From contig NC_043007.1 of NCBI RefSeq assembly GCF_006345805.1, positions 29,078,001-29,142,000 on the forward strand: a DNA stretch of 64,000 bases, written 5' to 3'. Shown here in pieces: positions 52,105-64,000 of the stretch (positions are counted from its first letter, which is position 1; every line of letters starts with the position of its first letter). The notes under the pieces were generated by a model. It did not search any database, was not told the DNA's origin, and saw only the letters and a program-made list of their open reading frames with translations. The translations under genes and the position numbers were made by a program. The stretch is from Octopus sinensis. Its lineage: Eukaryota.

Positions 52105-52520
52105 ATCATTTAATGTCTGCTTTCCATGCTGGCATGGGTTGGACGGTTTTGACTGAGGACTGGCAAGCCAGGAGGCTGCACCAGGCTCCAGTCTTGATCT
52201 GGCAGAGTTTCTACAGCTGGATGCCCTTCCTAACGCCAACCACTCCGAGAGTGTAGTGTGTGCTTTTTACGTGCCACTTGCACGGGGGCCAGACAGGCGG
52301 CACTGGCAATGAATCTTTTTACATGTGCCACCGACACAGGTTCCGGTGAAGCGACGTTGGTAACGATCACGCTCGAATGGTGCCCTTTTACGTGCCATGG
52401 GTACGGAAGTCAGTTGGCTGCTCTGGCAACGATCACGCTCGGATGGTGTTCTTGGCACCCTACTATCACAGGCATAAGTGCCAGTAAGGCGACGCTGGTA
52501 ACGATCATACTCGAATAGCT
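52105..52520 (-). mobile_element. RTE-type 3' end (family A) with GGCAACGATCACGCTCG subrepeats
   Basis: (CAT)n tail, family A core and a repeated UTR motif. Confidence 0.85.
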
Positions 52521-53454
52521 GCTCTGTCTCCCACTCTTCTTAACATGATACCAATGGTAGCCTTAATTCACAAATAAAGAAAAAATATATATATACATAC
52601 ACAGAAAAAATATATATATATATACATACATACACATCCCTAGTTAAGTGGGCAAGCTTCAGGATCTCAACAGTTTCACCCGGGAGTGGGCTCTTGGAGA
52701 GGTTTATGAGTAATAATGTTCTTCATGTTGGGGCAACAGCTGTATGATATTTTTATTGAGCATTGATTAAAATTCTTTCTGTATTTATGGTTTACTGGGA
52801 AATGCTTATCTAAAGAGCCAGGAATGTGTTAAATATGGGCAGATTTTTATAGACACTCAATAGAAATATCATATTGCTGCTTCGCACCCACACACACACA
52901 CACACACAACACACACACACATGTCAACTAACTTGCAAAACAAGAACCTTCCGCTGAGTGTGGGTGTAATGTTGAGGGCAGTTTTTTTTGCCAGGTGTTG
53001 AAAGGTTAAAGTACAATGGAAGGGATAGAAACAGTTATGTTTGTATGGAGGAGATGCATGACTTCCCCAGCTGCAAAGAAAGAAAAGTGATGGTGGTGGT
53101 GAAATGTCAAAGCATATCCTCAAGGTACAAGAAGGTGGGCACGAGAGAGAATAGGGACAAGGGATAGGAAAGTGTGTGTGGGGAGTAGGTAAGTTTGCAA
53201 GAGCATGTAAAGAAAGAGAGAGAGAGAGAGTTGAATTAGAGGGAATGGTGAAGAAAGGTAAAGGTTTGGTTCATGGTGGATCTCAGTCTGGTGGTGGTGG
53301 AGTGGGGGGAGTGAAGGAAATGGACTTGGGTAAGTTTCCTTTAATGAAAAACTGATTTAATTAGGGTTAGAACTTCAAAGGGAACAACTGATCATTATTA
53401 ATAAAGAGTCTTCCTTGTTCTGTTGTCATTGAAATCTCATTTCTCTTATTCCAG

Positions 53455-53511
53455 GACCACATTATTCAGCTGCTAACCACGATGGGTGCTTGTCAGATTA
53501 CTCTTGATATT
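53455..53511 (+). CDS. NCKAP1: NCKAP1 exon 4 (DHIIQLLTTMGACQITLDI)
   Basis: TTATTCCAG acceptor, ATT|GTAAGT donor, 57 nt. Aligns to DHVCELLNTIDVCQVFFDI. Confidence 0.95.
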
Positions 53512-53748
53512 GTAAGTAATTCTTGCCATTTCTTTCTTCAGCTGTTTTGTTTAGTTTTTGTTTTTTGTTGAGGGGAGAAATTAATATTTTAATCGGGTGA
53601 TTAGCGATATATTTTATTTATGGTTTCATAACTATTTGTTATATATTAGAAATTAGAAATATCTATGATGGACTCTCCTGTCAAAGACAACATAGAAACA
53701 TTCAGTCTTTGCCGAACAACCTCCACAAATGATTTCTTTATGGTGATC

Positions 53749-54032
<284 letters not shown>

Positions 54033-54070
54033 ATGTTTGATGGCATATGATGCACTTTTTTTTTCCAGAA

Positions 54071-54628
54071 TAACATCTCAAAAAGTACCCCAGCTCCTAT
54101 ATACAAAGTTAGGCCTCCCATAAGCTAGTTCTGTCCCTTTTACTTTTTCTTGAATATGCACTGCTGAAATTAGGGCATGTCTAACATCTCAAAAAGTACC
54201 CCAGCTCCTATATACAAAGTTAGGCCTCCCATAAGCTAGTTCTGTCCCTTTTACTTTTTCTTGAATATGCACTGCTGAAATTAGGGCATGTCTAACATCT
54301 CAAAAAGTACCCCAGCTCCTATATACAAAGTTAGGCCTCCCATAAGCTAGTTCTGTCCCTTTTACTTTTTCTTGAATATGCACTGCTGAAATTAGGGCAT
54401 GTCTAACATCTCAAAAAGTACCCCAGCTCCTATATACAAAGTTAGGCCTCCCATAAGCTAGTTCTGTCCCTTTTACTTTTTCTTGAATATGCACTGCTGA
54501 AATTAGGGCATGTCTAACATCTCAAAAAGTACCCCAGCTCCTATATACAAAGTTAGGCCTCCCATAAGCTAGTTCTGTCCCTTTTACTTTTTCTTGAATA
54601 TGCACTGCTGAAATTAGGGCATGTCTAA
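54071..54628. repeat. Five apparently identical tandem copies of a 111-bp unit
   Basis: TAACATCTCAAAAAGTACC... starts at 54071, 54182, 54293, 54404 and 54515. Confidence 0.97.
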
Positions 54629-55154
54629 TATTCCTGTACATCTTTTATGCAATAGAATACAGTGTAAATAATACACACACTCTCACAAATATCGGATTAC
54701 TTGAATCCATGTGTTGTGACTTCAATATATATATATGATGATGATGATGATGGTTATATATTTAAGTCACAGTATATGGATTCAAATAATCCGGTGGTAC
54801 TCAAGAAAAGCTCCTTAATGTGTCAATCTACAAAACATATAGAATATATAGTACGATGCAAAAGGAAAGTGTTAAGGTGTGTATAAAGTCAGAAATAGTT
54901 TGACGAAACCTCATTTAACAATAAGAAAATTCTAATTTCATGACAAATTGTTTTGTAACTTAAAAACATGTAAATAATTCATATTTATTTTATTTAATAA
55001 TAAGTAAATTACTTCCATGTCTGCATTAATGCAAAATGTAAAAAAAAGAATCCTTCAAAATAATTCAGAAGGGTTAAACTACGTCCTCAGGTGAAAGAAA
55101 GTCCTAAAGTTGTAGAATGGGAAATGTTATATTTTGTTTTTCTGTCTGTTGCAG

Positions 55155-55297
55155 AGCTCCAACTATGATCTGACAAAGAACTATCTTGATCTAATAGTTA
55201 CATATGTTTGTATAATGGTGATTGTATCAAAGATAGATGACAGGAAAACCATTCTTGGTCTTTACCATTTGGGACATGAGTTCCAGCATGGCAGTGG
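55155..55297 (+). CDS. NCKAP1: NCKAP1 exon 5 (SSNYDLTKNYLDLIVTY...GLYHLGHEFQHGS)
   Basis: GTTGCAG acceptor, GG|GTAAGT donor, 143 nt, ends in phase 2. DLTKNYLDLI is conserved. Confidence 0.97.
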
Positions 55298-55411
55298 GTA
55301 AGTGGTCTTGTTCAACTATTCAGGTATAGGCTGCTATTCATCTACTTTCACTATTTATCTTTTATTCTCTCTCTCTCTCTCTCTCTGGATATATATATAT
55401 ATATATATATC

Positions 55412-56080
55412 ATCATCGTTTAATGTCCGCTTTCCATGCTGACATGGGTTGGACGGTTTGACTGGGGACTGATGAGCCAGATGGCTGCACCAAGCTCCAA
55501 TCTAATCATATGTATGTATGTATGTATATTTAGATAAATACAGGTATATCAAATACCATACAACAAATTTTTGACAGTTGTGTTGCTGATGATGTCTCTT
55601 GACGCAGAAATATGTCCACAAATGCCCTCTTATCTTCAAACAATAAACCTTTCCTGTCAGTTTTGGAGAAACTCTTGAGATTATCTGGTCTTCTCAAATA
55701 GAGCTGAGCTTAATTACCAGAAGACGTCCAGTGATGTAATTAGAGATATACTGAATAATAGCTGGATTAGCCTCAGCTGTAAGGGTTTGCTTGATGGGAA
55801 CTGACCTCAGCTTAAACAATAACAATGTATAATAAATATTTATGATATAAACCGAAGGCCAGAAATTGTTGGGGATGAGAATAATTGTTAACACTGTCAT
55901 ACAGACTAGTCTCATTCTATTCTGCGAAACCGTATCTGGCCATGAGGGAAATGTTATCTTTCCTGGAAACAACAAATGAGGGTTGGTGACAGGAAGGGCA
56001 TCCAGCCTTAGAGACTCTGCCTCACTAAACTCCACTTGACCCATTGGGAAGTGGACATTAAAAGTGATGGTGATGATGAT
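55412..56080. mobile_element. Short RTE-type tails: 55412-55505 (-) and ~55960-56080 (+)
   Basis: Family A core and (GAT)n/(CAT)n ends. Confidence 0.65.
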
Positions 56081-56305
56081 GTAATAGCAGAACTGGTTAC
56101 ATGGTAGATTGGATGACTTATGGTAGTTATGGCTTTTAAAATTCTGCTATCAAATCCCTATATGGTCAGTTTTGTTTTTCATCCTTCCTAGTTGATGAAA
56201 TATTTACCTGAGATCAGTTCTATTGACTTTCTTCTTTACAAATTTGTGCTCCTCTCCCTCAGAACTAATTCAACCCTCTTTTGATTCATTTTCCTCTGTT
56301 CACAG

Positions 56306-56396
56306 AGAACCAGCATTTCCTCGACTTGGTCAAATGATCATTGATTATGACCCTCCAATGAAGAAAATGGCAGAAGAGTTTGTTCCACATGCCAGA
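56306..56396 (+). CDS. NCKAP1: NCKAP1 exon 6 ([30 protein letters not shown])
   Basis: TTCACAG acceptor, AGA|GTAAGT donor, 91 nt. PRLGQMI.DY and EEFVPH are conserved. Confidence 0.97.
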
Positions 56397-57944
56397 GTAA
56401 GTGGTACTTTCCAAAAAATAATGTCGATTAATTGTTTGTGTTTTTTTTCTGTTTTGTTTGTTTCTCGGGGACACCATGTCCCTTAAAAACAGCTAATTTC
56501 TAGCCTTAAGTATTCTACCTTTACCCCTCTCTGCTCATGAGTAACTTTCAAAACCCTCAACTTTACTAGAATACCTACTAAGCTTCACAATCTCTGAGGA
56601 CCTCTTGTGCTGATCTTACAAACAAAACATTACTAAAATTACATCACAAACCCCATGGTTCTTGCTTAAGGCCAGAAATTCTTTAGTTCTGAACTTCTGC
56701 TGAATTGATACTGAAGTATGATTCCCTATCTGGAATGGGGCTGCTACTGTTACATGCGTGCACATGCACACACACACATTTGTAAATATCTAAAGGAAAG
56801 CCATTTGTCTTTAGACTCACAGACACACCATAACTACTACATCGCCAATATGACTCTCCCCAGACACAACAGAATTCTCTCTGTCTCTTCTGCCACAACC
56901 TCTGTTCTTCTTGTGTCTTGCTTTCCACACATGTCTGGCATTCCCTCCTTTCCCAGAACAGTGACCCTCTGAAACTCACACACACCTACATTCCACCTAC
57001 ACGTATTTCAGTCAGACATTGACAACATCAATTTGACCAATCTGCAAGATCTTAAGGTCTTGATTACTGACCCCCCCACCACCACCACCACCACTAAATT
57101 ACAAAGTACAGTGTTCTACATTCTTCTTTTAGATTTTGAAATCATAACTAGTGGCCCCCTCTTCGTAGACATTTCTGGCTTTCTTAATCTCTTCCTACTT
57201 GTTTAGAGTAAGAAGAGGCCAAGAGGTACAACTCTGTTTTGTAAGTGAACAAAATACTTGTTGATTGCTTTACTACTACCATTGCTGACAATCTTTGATT
57301 TCCTCTATCATCTTGTGGTGTGGCCTATATTTCCAGCCAAGTGTACTGAGCTGTTAAATATAACCTCTTCGGTCAAACATAACAAACATTATCTCTTCTG
57401 AACTGAATGACACTATATATGTACATCCCCCAAAACACACACTCTCTCCTAACTTTGTAGCCAACTTCCTGCTCTAACCATGAATATATTGAAATATTTC
57501 CATCAAATTCTTCATATTTTCGAAATGCTTCAACTGAGGAAGGTTTCCATAATGGATGCATTTCCTATTATATGTTTCACCAACCTGAAACTTATATGTT
57601 AAATGATTTCAGAATATCACTATTTTGGTTTCACTTCATTATTACAACTGATATCTGTGTATTTTGGCCTGCTTCATCTCTGACCATCATTATACGTTTT
57701 ATTCTTGGATACATTGATGCTCCCAGAGGCTTCTTTTCTATATTTCTTCTTTGGATCACTAATTATCAGTAGGTACCAATAAATAATCTGAAACACGAGA
57801 ACTCTGTCTCATCTCAAACAGACTCCATCTTATCTATGATACTATCTTATTTAAAGCAAGCATTTATTTGGTCTAACTCGTGTCTTATTTCAAAGTGGTC
57901 TCTGGTTTAAATCCTAACATTGTGCGTTTTTGTTTGATTTCCAG

Positions 57945-58082
57945 TTTTTGTTGCCAGCTTTGCTGTCATTACATGTGATCTATCCTCGGAGAAATTTACC
58001 TGCAGATCAGATGAGATCCTCGCAAATCCTCAGTCTCCTCTCGGAACCTTCAAAGTTAATGAATGTGCCAAACACTGATATA
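57945..58082 (+). CDS. NCKAP1: NCKAP1 exon 7 (FLLPALLSLHVIYPRRNLPADQMRSSQILSLLSEPSKLMNVPNTDI)
   Basis: TTTCCAG acceptor, ATA|GTGAGT donor, 138 nt. YPRRNL.ADQ is conserved. Confidence 0.97.
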
Positions 58083-58174
58083 GTGAGTTACACTTTTTAT
58101 ATTTCACAATCGCCACTACCACAAATAACAATGACAATGATAATGATAATAATAATAATAATAATAATAATAAT

Positions 58175-58395
58175 CCTTTCTACTATAGGCACAAGACCTG
58201 AAATTTGTGGGGAGGGGGATAGTCAGTTACATTGACCCCATCCCCCCCAGTGCTCAACTGGTACTCATTTTATCAACCCCAAAAGGATGAAAGGCAAAGT
58301 TGACCAAGGTGGAATTTGAACTCAGAATGTAGCAGCAGACGAAATATCGCTAAGCATTTTGCCCGACATGCTAACAATTCTACCAATTTGCTGCC

Positions 58396-58447
<52 letters not shown>

Positions 58448-58730
58448 TAATAATAATAATAACAAGACTAAGAACAACAACAGCTGTAGCAGTAGCAGCA
58501 GCAACAACAACAACAATATTAATTTTTCCACATGGGCAGCAGTTTTGGGGGAGGGGATGAGTCGATGACATCGACCCCAGTGTTCAGCTGGTACTTAATT
58601 TATCGACCCTGAAAGGATGAAAGGCAAAGTCAACCTCAGCGGAATTCGAACTCAGAACGCAGTGGCAGACGAAATAGCGCTAAGCATTTTGCCTGACATG
58701 CTAACGATTCTGCTGGCTTGCCACCTTAAA
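58175..58730 (-). mobile_element. Two tandem family B SINEs (~58175-58400 and ~58530-58730) separated by (AAT)n/(CAA)n
   Basis: GGATGAAAGGCAAAG...GAATTTGAACTCAGAA...GCATGCTAAC occurs twice. Confidence 0.88.
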
Positions 58731-59007
58731 ATAGTAGTAGTAGTAGTGGTAGTAGCAGTAGTAGTAGTAATAATAACGATAATAATTTGCTGTTGTCAAA
58801 TTTGTCTTTTATAATTCTAGGGTGGAGGTCATAAAATAAAATACCAAATCAGGTGTTAGGGTTGATTTAAATGTCTGTTCCCCTATTCCCCATCAAATTT
58901 CAGCCTTTGTAACTTTGTAAAAACTTGTTGTTACTGATTTTGGTGATGATGATGATTGTTTATTGATTCCATTGATTATTTACCTCCTTCTTTTCTTTCT
59001 CCTTCAG

Positions 59008-59056
59008 ATTCAATGTGAATATCTATCACAAGATGTCATGGAAAGATGGATCATCT
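59008..59056 (+). CDS. NCKAP1: NCKAP1 exon 8 (IQCEYLSQDVMERWII)
   Basis: Pyrimidine tract-CCTTCAG acceptor, T|GTAAGT donor, 49 nt. CEYLS.D.ME.WII is conserved. Confidence 0.96.
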
Positions 59057-60570
59057 GTAAGTAAATTATGTTTAATTACCTGTTAAGTAGCTAACTAGTT
59101 CTTGAGGACTAATTCACCTTCGATTAGGTCGCTAGTTGTATGTAATATTATGTTACTGGCCTGTTACCTGACCACCAAACATTGTCTCTATGGATCTCCC
59201 TAGGCAACAGTAAGCTATGTAAACCCTCCATTCACATATCAGGTCTTTTAACTTCAGTTTAGACCCCAGGATTAAACACATCAGTTAACTTTTTTTCTTT
59301 TTAATTTTGGAAGCCAAAATCAGTCCATGTTCAGCCATTTCAAATAATTATGTCTTAATATGCTGTTGGTCAAAGTTACCCTAACCTTATTATAACTTTA
59401 TTACATTGACTCAGTTTGATTCCAATGAGTAGAAGAATTTTGTCAAAGACTTTTGTCTGTTTGACTCTCAGAAAACTAAAGACTCGCTGTTAGTGACAGT
59501 TGTTTGGCCACATCTACGATAGAATTCAATGGCATCTTTGTTTAGAAATTGACATTCATCACTGTTTTTCCAGACGTGATGGCAACATAGAGACATCAAT
59601 GGAACTTGCTTAGGCAACATAATAAACGTGATGTTATATCAAAAAGTGCCACAGGACTTTTATGTTGAAATGGAGGAGTGGATTCAGAGAAATCAAAATC
59701 AATCCCTTGAGGAATAGAATATTCTCAACAACTACAAAACTTTAATCAGACAACAGAAGACTTTTAGGGCAGCTGATCTTGCCAAATATCACTTGTTGCT
59801 GCGGTTGTTGTTTAGCACCAGGTCAGCTTTGATCCCACACACCTAGAATTAAAGCTGTTCCAACACTGATAATCCTATGTTTTGTTCAGGCATAGTGTAC
59901 CTAGTATTACATTATCAAATGTGTCAGTTTTTTTCTTCTTCATATGGTCAAATGGGATTTGAGGCAATTTGGATCTTTTGCAGCTCAACTATCTTTGAAT
60001 GGATCCCATCTTTGGCTCTTAAATTTCTGAGTCGAGTATTTTAATGAATACTTTATCTCAATTAATTAAATATTTAACTGAATATTTTATTATAATTAGT
60101 TGAGTGTTCCACTAATTAATTTAATATAATTAGTTCTCACAGCTTAGAGTCTGCCATTAATTCAGTCAGATATCTCGACTCTCTACAAACTATTGATCAT
60201 GTAGCCTTAATTATTTGCTCAGTCTTCTAAAAATAACAACCAAACCTCTCTCAAATCACATCTTATTGTCTTAAAAATGAAGGACAAATTAAAGAATGCA
60301 GTCAAAGATACATTATGTTTATCAAACAGGTTGGTCATGTCTGGAATATCTTTGCTCTTAAGTCTGCTCAGTCATGGCTGTTCTGGGCCAAACACCAACC
60401 AAATTCCATATTGTTGCTAAATTTGAGAACCACTTTTAACTTTTAACTTTTTGTGGCTGTGTGTGTGTCCTATGTGTTGGTCACGGTTGTCAACTTCAAA
60501 CTTATGAAGAAAATGATATCATCATAGAATAATAAATACAGCTAACGTTAATATTTCCCCTCTTTTGCAG

Positions 60571-60724
60571 TTGGCTTGATGCTTTGCTATCAGCGTCTAT
60601 CAGAGCCCCAACCATGGGACTTATGGAAAACAGCTCTCCAGTCTGGCTACATTGTACAACTATGCAGAGACGAGGTACTGCACATCCATAGTTATATTGC
60701 TGCTTTCTTTGACAGCCTTAAAGG
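60571..60724 (+). CDS. NCKAP1: NCKAP1 exon 9 (GLMLCYQRL...LWKTALQSGYIVQLCRDEVLHIH...LKG)
   Basis: TTTTGCAG acceptor, GG|GTGAGT donor, 154 nt, phase 1/2. LWK.ALQS and RDEV.HIH are conserved. Confidence 0.96.
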
Positions 60725-60918
60725 GTGAGTGCCAATCTTATAAACTCCTTCATACTTGCTACTGATCTCTCATTAATTAACTTGTACAGTGTGCAGAGTT
60801 CAATGCTGGTCTTGTCACTCCTTTATCAGATGTACGAGTGTGCCTGTGTCTATGCCACCGATTATACACTACGCACGGACTAATGGCTGTTCAATCTCTT
60901 TCTTTGGATCTCTTTCAG

Positions 60919-60984
60919 ACAACATATACAACACAAAAGAGTGACGGAAGTCAAAGATTTCCAGCAACATGCACTTCAGACATC
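60919..60984 (+). CDS. NCKAP1: NCKAP1 exon 10 (QHIQHKRVTEVKDFQQHALQT)
   Basis: CTCTTTCAG acceptor, TC|GTAAGT donor, 66 nt, phase 2/2, bridging exons 9 and 11 in frame. Aligns to KRINDIRE / KRISEVKE. Confidence 0.88.
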
Positions 60985-61052
60985 GTAAGTCTTGTCTCAA
61001 TGGTTTTACTTCAGGATCTTTCTATATCTGTTATCCCACCTCATCCCTTAAC

Positions 61053-61490
61053 TCCACCATCCCCTGTCCCCACCATCCCTCGCCTCCACCATCCCCTCAC
61101 CTCCACCATCCCCCTGCCTCCACCATCCCCTCGCCTCCACCATCCACTCGCCCCCACCATCCTCTCGCATCCACCATCCTCTCGCCCCACCATCCCCTCG
61201 CCTCCACCATCCCCTCGCCTTCACCATCCCCTTGCATCCACCATCCACTTGCCCCACCATCCCCTCGCCTCCACCATCCCCTCGCCTCCACCATCCCCTC
61301 GCCTCCACCATCCACTCGCCCCCACCATCCTCTCGCATCCACCATCCCCTCGCCCCACCATCCCCTCGCCCCACCATCCCCTCGCCTCCACCATCCCCTC
61401 ACCTTCACCATCCCCTTGCATCCACCATCCACTTGCCCCACCATCCCCTCGCCCCCACCATCCACTCGCCCCCCACCATCCCCTCATCCC
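61053..61490. repeat. C-rich minisatellite, ~17-bp unit CCACCATCCCCTCGCCT, about 25 copies
   Basis: Read directly; in intron 10, starting about 70 bp after the exon 10 donor. Confidence 0.95.
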
Positions 61491-61650
61491 TGTTTCACTT
61501 CTTTCTCTTTCTGACATTAAGTGCACCTTGACCAGTTCTGCTGTTTCAAATTGAAACCATTTACATGTGTGTGTGTGTGTGTGTGTGTATTTTTTTTGCA
61601 CATTTGAAATATCTCTGGAAAACCACTCATAAAACATTGTTTTCCTTTAG

Positions 61651-61747
61651 ACCTGGTCTTCATAGAGAACGAAGGAAATTTCTAAGAACAGCTTTAAAGG
61701 AATTAGCTTTGATTTATACGGATCAACCTGGATTATTGGGACCTAAA
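61651..61747 (+). CDS. NCKAP1: NCKAP1 exon 11 ([32 protein letters not shown])
   Basis: TTCCTTTAG acceptor, AAA|GTAAGT donor, 97 nt. Contains the hallmark [15 protein letters not shown]...DQPGLLGPK. Confidence 0.98.
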
Positions 61748-63156
61748 GTAAGTCTGAGATAATTCTATATTTCTAACTCTTTTGATATTTGGTTTCTTGT
61801 TGCTCCCCCGTCATACCATTCTGCTGTTGTTGCTGGTATTGCACAGAAAGCAAAATGAGAAAGGTTTCAGATGTTTGTGATAAAATCCCAGAACAGCTTG
61901 GCTATTTGCACCCAGACTGGTTTCTGGTTCAATTTGAGGAGGAAGAAGAACAGAGGTCAAGACCTCTTGAAAGAATTCTGAGATTGATGGAGAAAGAGAG
62001 AAGAAATGAGAGGGTTCCCTCAGAGCAGAGATTTGGTTCAGATTCTTGCAGCAAAATCTGCTCTGCTTTTGGTGCCTAAAAGGTCAGATGGACTGAGTCC
62101 CTCACACAACATTATGTATTGTAACAGTCCATCCAATCAGCTTCCATGACATTTTCATCTCCCCATCTTTACCTGTAAATCTTGGGTGGCTGTGGTACTT
62201 GACCAACGCACCCCACAGTTGGACCAAAACTGGAAACACATAATGATTATACTCAAGCTGAGAAACAAGCAAAAGATTTTGTGAATATTTAAGAATCTGA
62301 ATCCATGGATCACTGTTCTTTCATTTTGTTTTTTTGATAAACCTGCAGGTTGTGGCATGGTTGATCAACAGCTTGAAAATGTGTGTGTGTGTGTGTGTGT
62401 GTTGTGTGTGTGTGTGTAGTGTGACTCTATCTATGATATATGTGCCTACATAAGGCAAAGAACTGACTGAAAGAGTCCAGCAAAAGCCAGCTTCCACAGA
62501 ATAAGAGTTGGTTTGATTTTCATAAGATTCCTTCTTTTCTTTCCGTTTACTATTTTTGGGTTTTATACAAACATCTTGAAGCAGAAGTCGTCCAAATATC
62601 TTCTTGGTATTCTTCTTAACTCAATTATTCCCATTCTGATAGCATATTGAGGTGTAGCAGTAGAGCACCTAAATTCTTTGTGTTGAATTTTTTGTTTTAT
62701 GCACAGCTGTCACCTCTCACTTGCAATGGATTCTTCTACATATTCTGGCATTCCACAAGACCTGACTGAAGTTAAATTAAGGCTTGGAAGCAGAATCAAG
62801 ATATTGTCTGTCATGTGATACAAAGTAATTCAACAACCCAGTCTTCAGTGATGTAACATTACTAATACTCAAATAAACTTCCTTATGTAACTGTTTTTTA
62901 AAGATTAACAGAGAGAAATTGAAATAAATTGCTAAGAAACTTTCCCCTAAAATCTAAATACAGCTTCTTTAGTTTTCTGACATCATTTGGAATGTTGGGA
63001 AGAATGATGATTTGAAATGTCATCTCCTGACTAACTTCACAGCTCACCCTTAGTTATATGATGTTTTCTAATTAATTAGTACCAATTAAATTATATCTTA
63101 ATTTCATTTTGGTTCAGCAATAATCACTTCTGTATATGTTTTGTCTGTTCGTCCAG

Positions 63157-63281
63157 GTTTTACTTGTGTTCCAGGCCTTATCAATGGCACGGGATGAAAT
63201 ATTCTGGTTACTTCGCCATTTTGATAATCCGCCTTCAAAACGCCATAACATAAAATTATCTCAGGAGGACTTCATAGATCG
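63157..63281 (+). CDS. NCKAP1: NCKAP1 exon 12 ([41 protein letters not shown]); gene continues beyond the window
   Basis: GTCCAG acceptor, CG|GTGAGT donor, 125 nt. ARDEI.WLLRH is conserved. Confidence 0.97.
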
Positions 63282-63859
63282 GTGAGTTCAAACCCTAACA
63301 ACTCCTCCCTACTTTTGATGTCTTTTGTCCCCTACTTTTGATCTTTAAATGTAAACATTGGAATGAAATAAGAAATATCAACATGGTCTTCATAATAAAA
63401 TTAGTGGCTTCTCAATATTCAAAACTGAATCAACAGGAAATCCTCTGTGTGGTTGCTCAACCTGCTAGAAATAGTAACCAAGTCCACTTTAAAGAATAAC
63501 CTACTGCTATAACACAGGAAAGACACATTAAATAATGGAGTTTCTGTTACATTTTGAATACAAAAGATGATCATGCTAGACGACTTTCCTTATAGGCCTT
63601 CTGGAGACCAGGGCTGGCCTGGGGTTAAATAGCAACTAATGCATATATCTAATATATCTGTCTCCTTTCTCTTTGTGTGTTTGTTGGGGTTGGGGATTGA
63701 GCCAAGAAGGGAGTCTCTCCATGGTCATGGGATCTTTTATAACAACCTGCTCCCACCCTGGCCATCAAACAATTTACCTGTGATTACACTGTCTGAATAA
63801 AAGTCATTAAAATAAGTACCAGTTATATACTGAGCTTCTATTGTCTTCATGTCTGTCTG

Positions 63860-64000
63860 TGGTTAAAAAGTTGCTTCTCTGCCTTGCAGTTTTGGGTTCA
63901 GTCCCACTGCAGAGAACCTTGGGCAAGTGTCTTCTACTATAGCCCTGGGCCAACCAAGGTCTTGTCAGTGGACTTGATAGATGGAAACTCCAAGAAGACT
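63860..64000 (+). mobile_element. Family C SINE head, cut by the window end
   Basis: GTGGTTAAAAAGTTGCTTC...GGGTTCAGTCCCACTGC...CCTTGGGCAAGTGTCTTCTACTATAGCC. Confidence 0.85.

Noticed and set aside
54071-54628. CRISPR-like array (also considered for 37843-38087)
   Set aside because: Units are contiguous with no unique spacers, there are no cas genes, and the context is a eukaryotic intron.
60838-61554. 238-aa proline-rich ORF and antisense Gly/Trp-rich ORFs
   Set aside because: Produced by the C-rich minisatellite; the real coding exon inside (60919-60984) uses a different frame.

Overview
AT-rich, microsatellite- and transposon-dense eukaryotic (metazoan) genomic DNA. The repeat families and microsatellite load look like an octopus (coleoid cephalopod) genome; this is pattern recognition and was not database-checked. 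The only confidently supported host gene is NCKAP1/Nap1 (Drosophila Hem/Kette), a WAVE regulatory complex subunit, on the + strand. I traced 12 GT-AG coding exons (18273..63281; 1223 coding nt, about 407 aa) that join in one frame; the gene continues past the window end, and intron 1 is about 30.3 kb. A weaker spliced candidate gene starts on the - strand near 1862 and runs off the left edge. The rest is mostly transposon-derived: a full-length mariner, DD37D (maT-type) fragments, a Chapaev-like transposase relic, RTE, R4/Dong-like and CR1-group LINE fragments, three tRNA-derived SINE families, MITEs with 8-bp, 9-bp and TTAA target duplications, a probable solo LTR, a 1.4-kb tandem duplication and several minisatellites. 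I cannot demonstrate a wholly new biological system. The best leads are RTE 3' ends that seem to target (TA)n tracts, a possible RTE/tRNA-SINE partner pair, MITEs carrying telomere-like motifs, a uORF-containing candidate 5'-UTR intron of NCKAP1, and inverted SINE pairs that could drive dsRNA editing or an in-frame, stop-free circRNA. Exon, TIR and TSD coordinates were counted by hand; edges of degenerate repeats are approximate (tens of bp).
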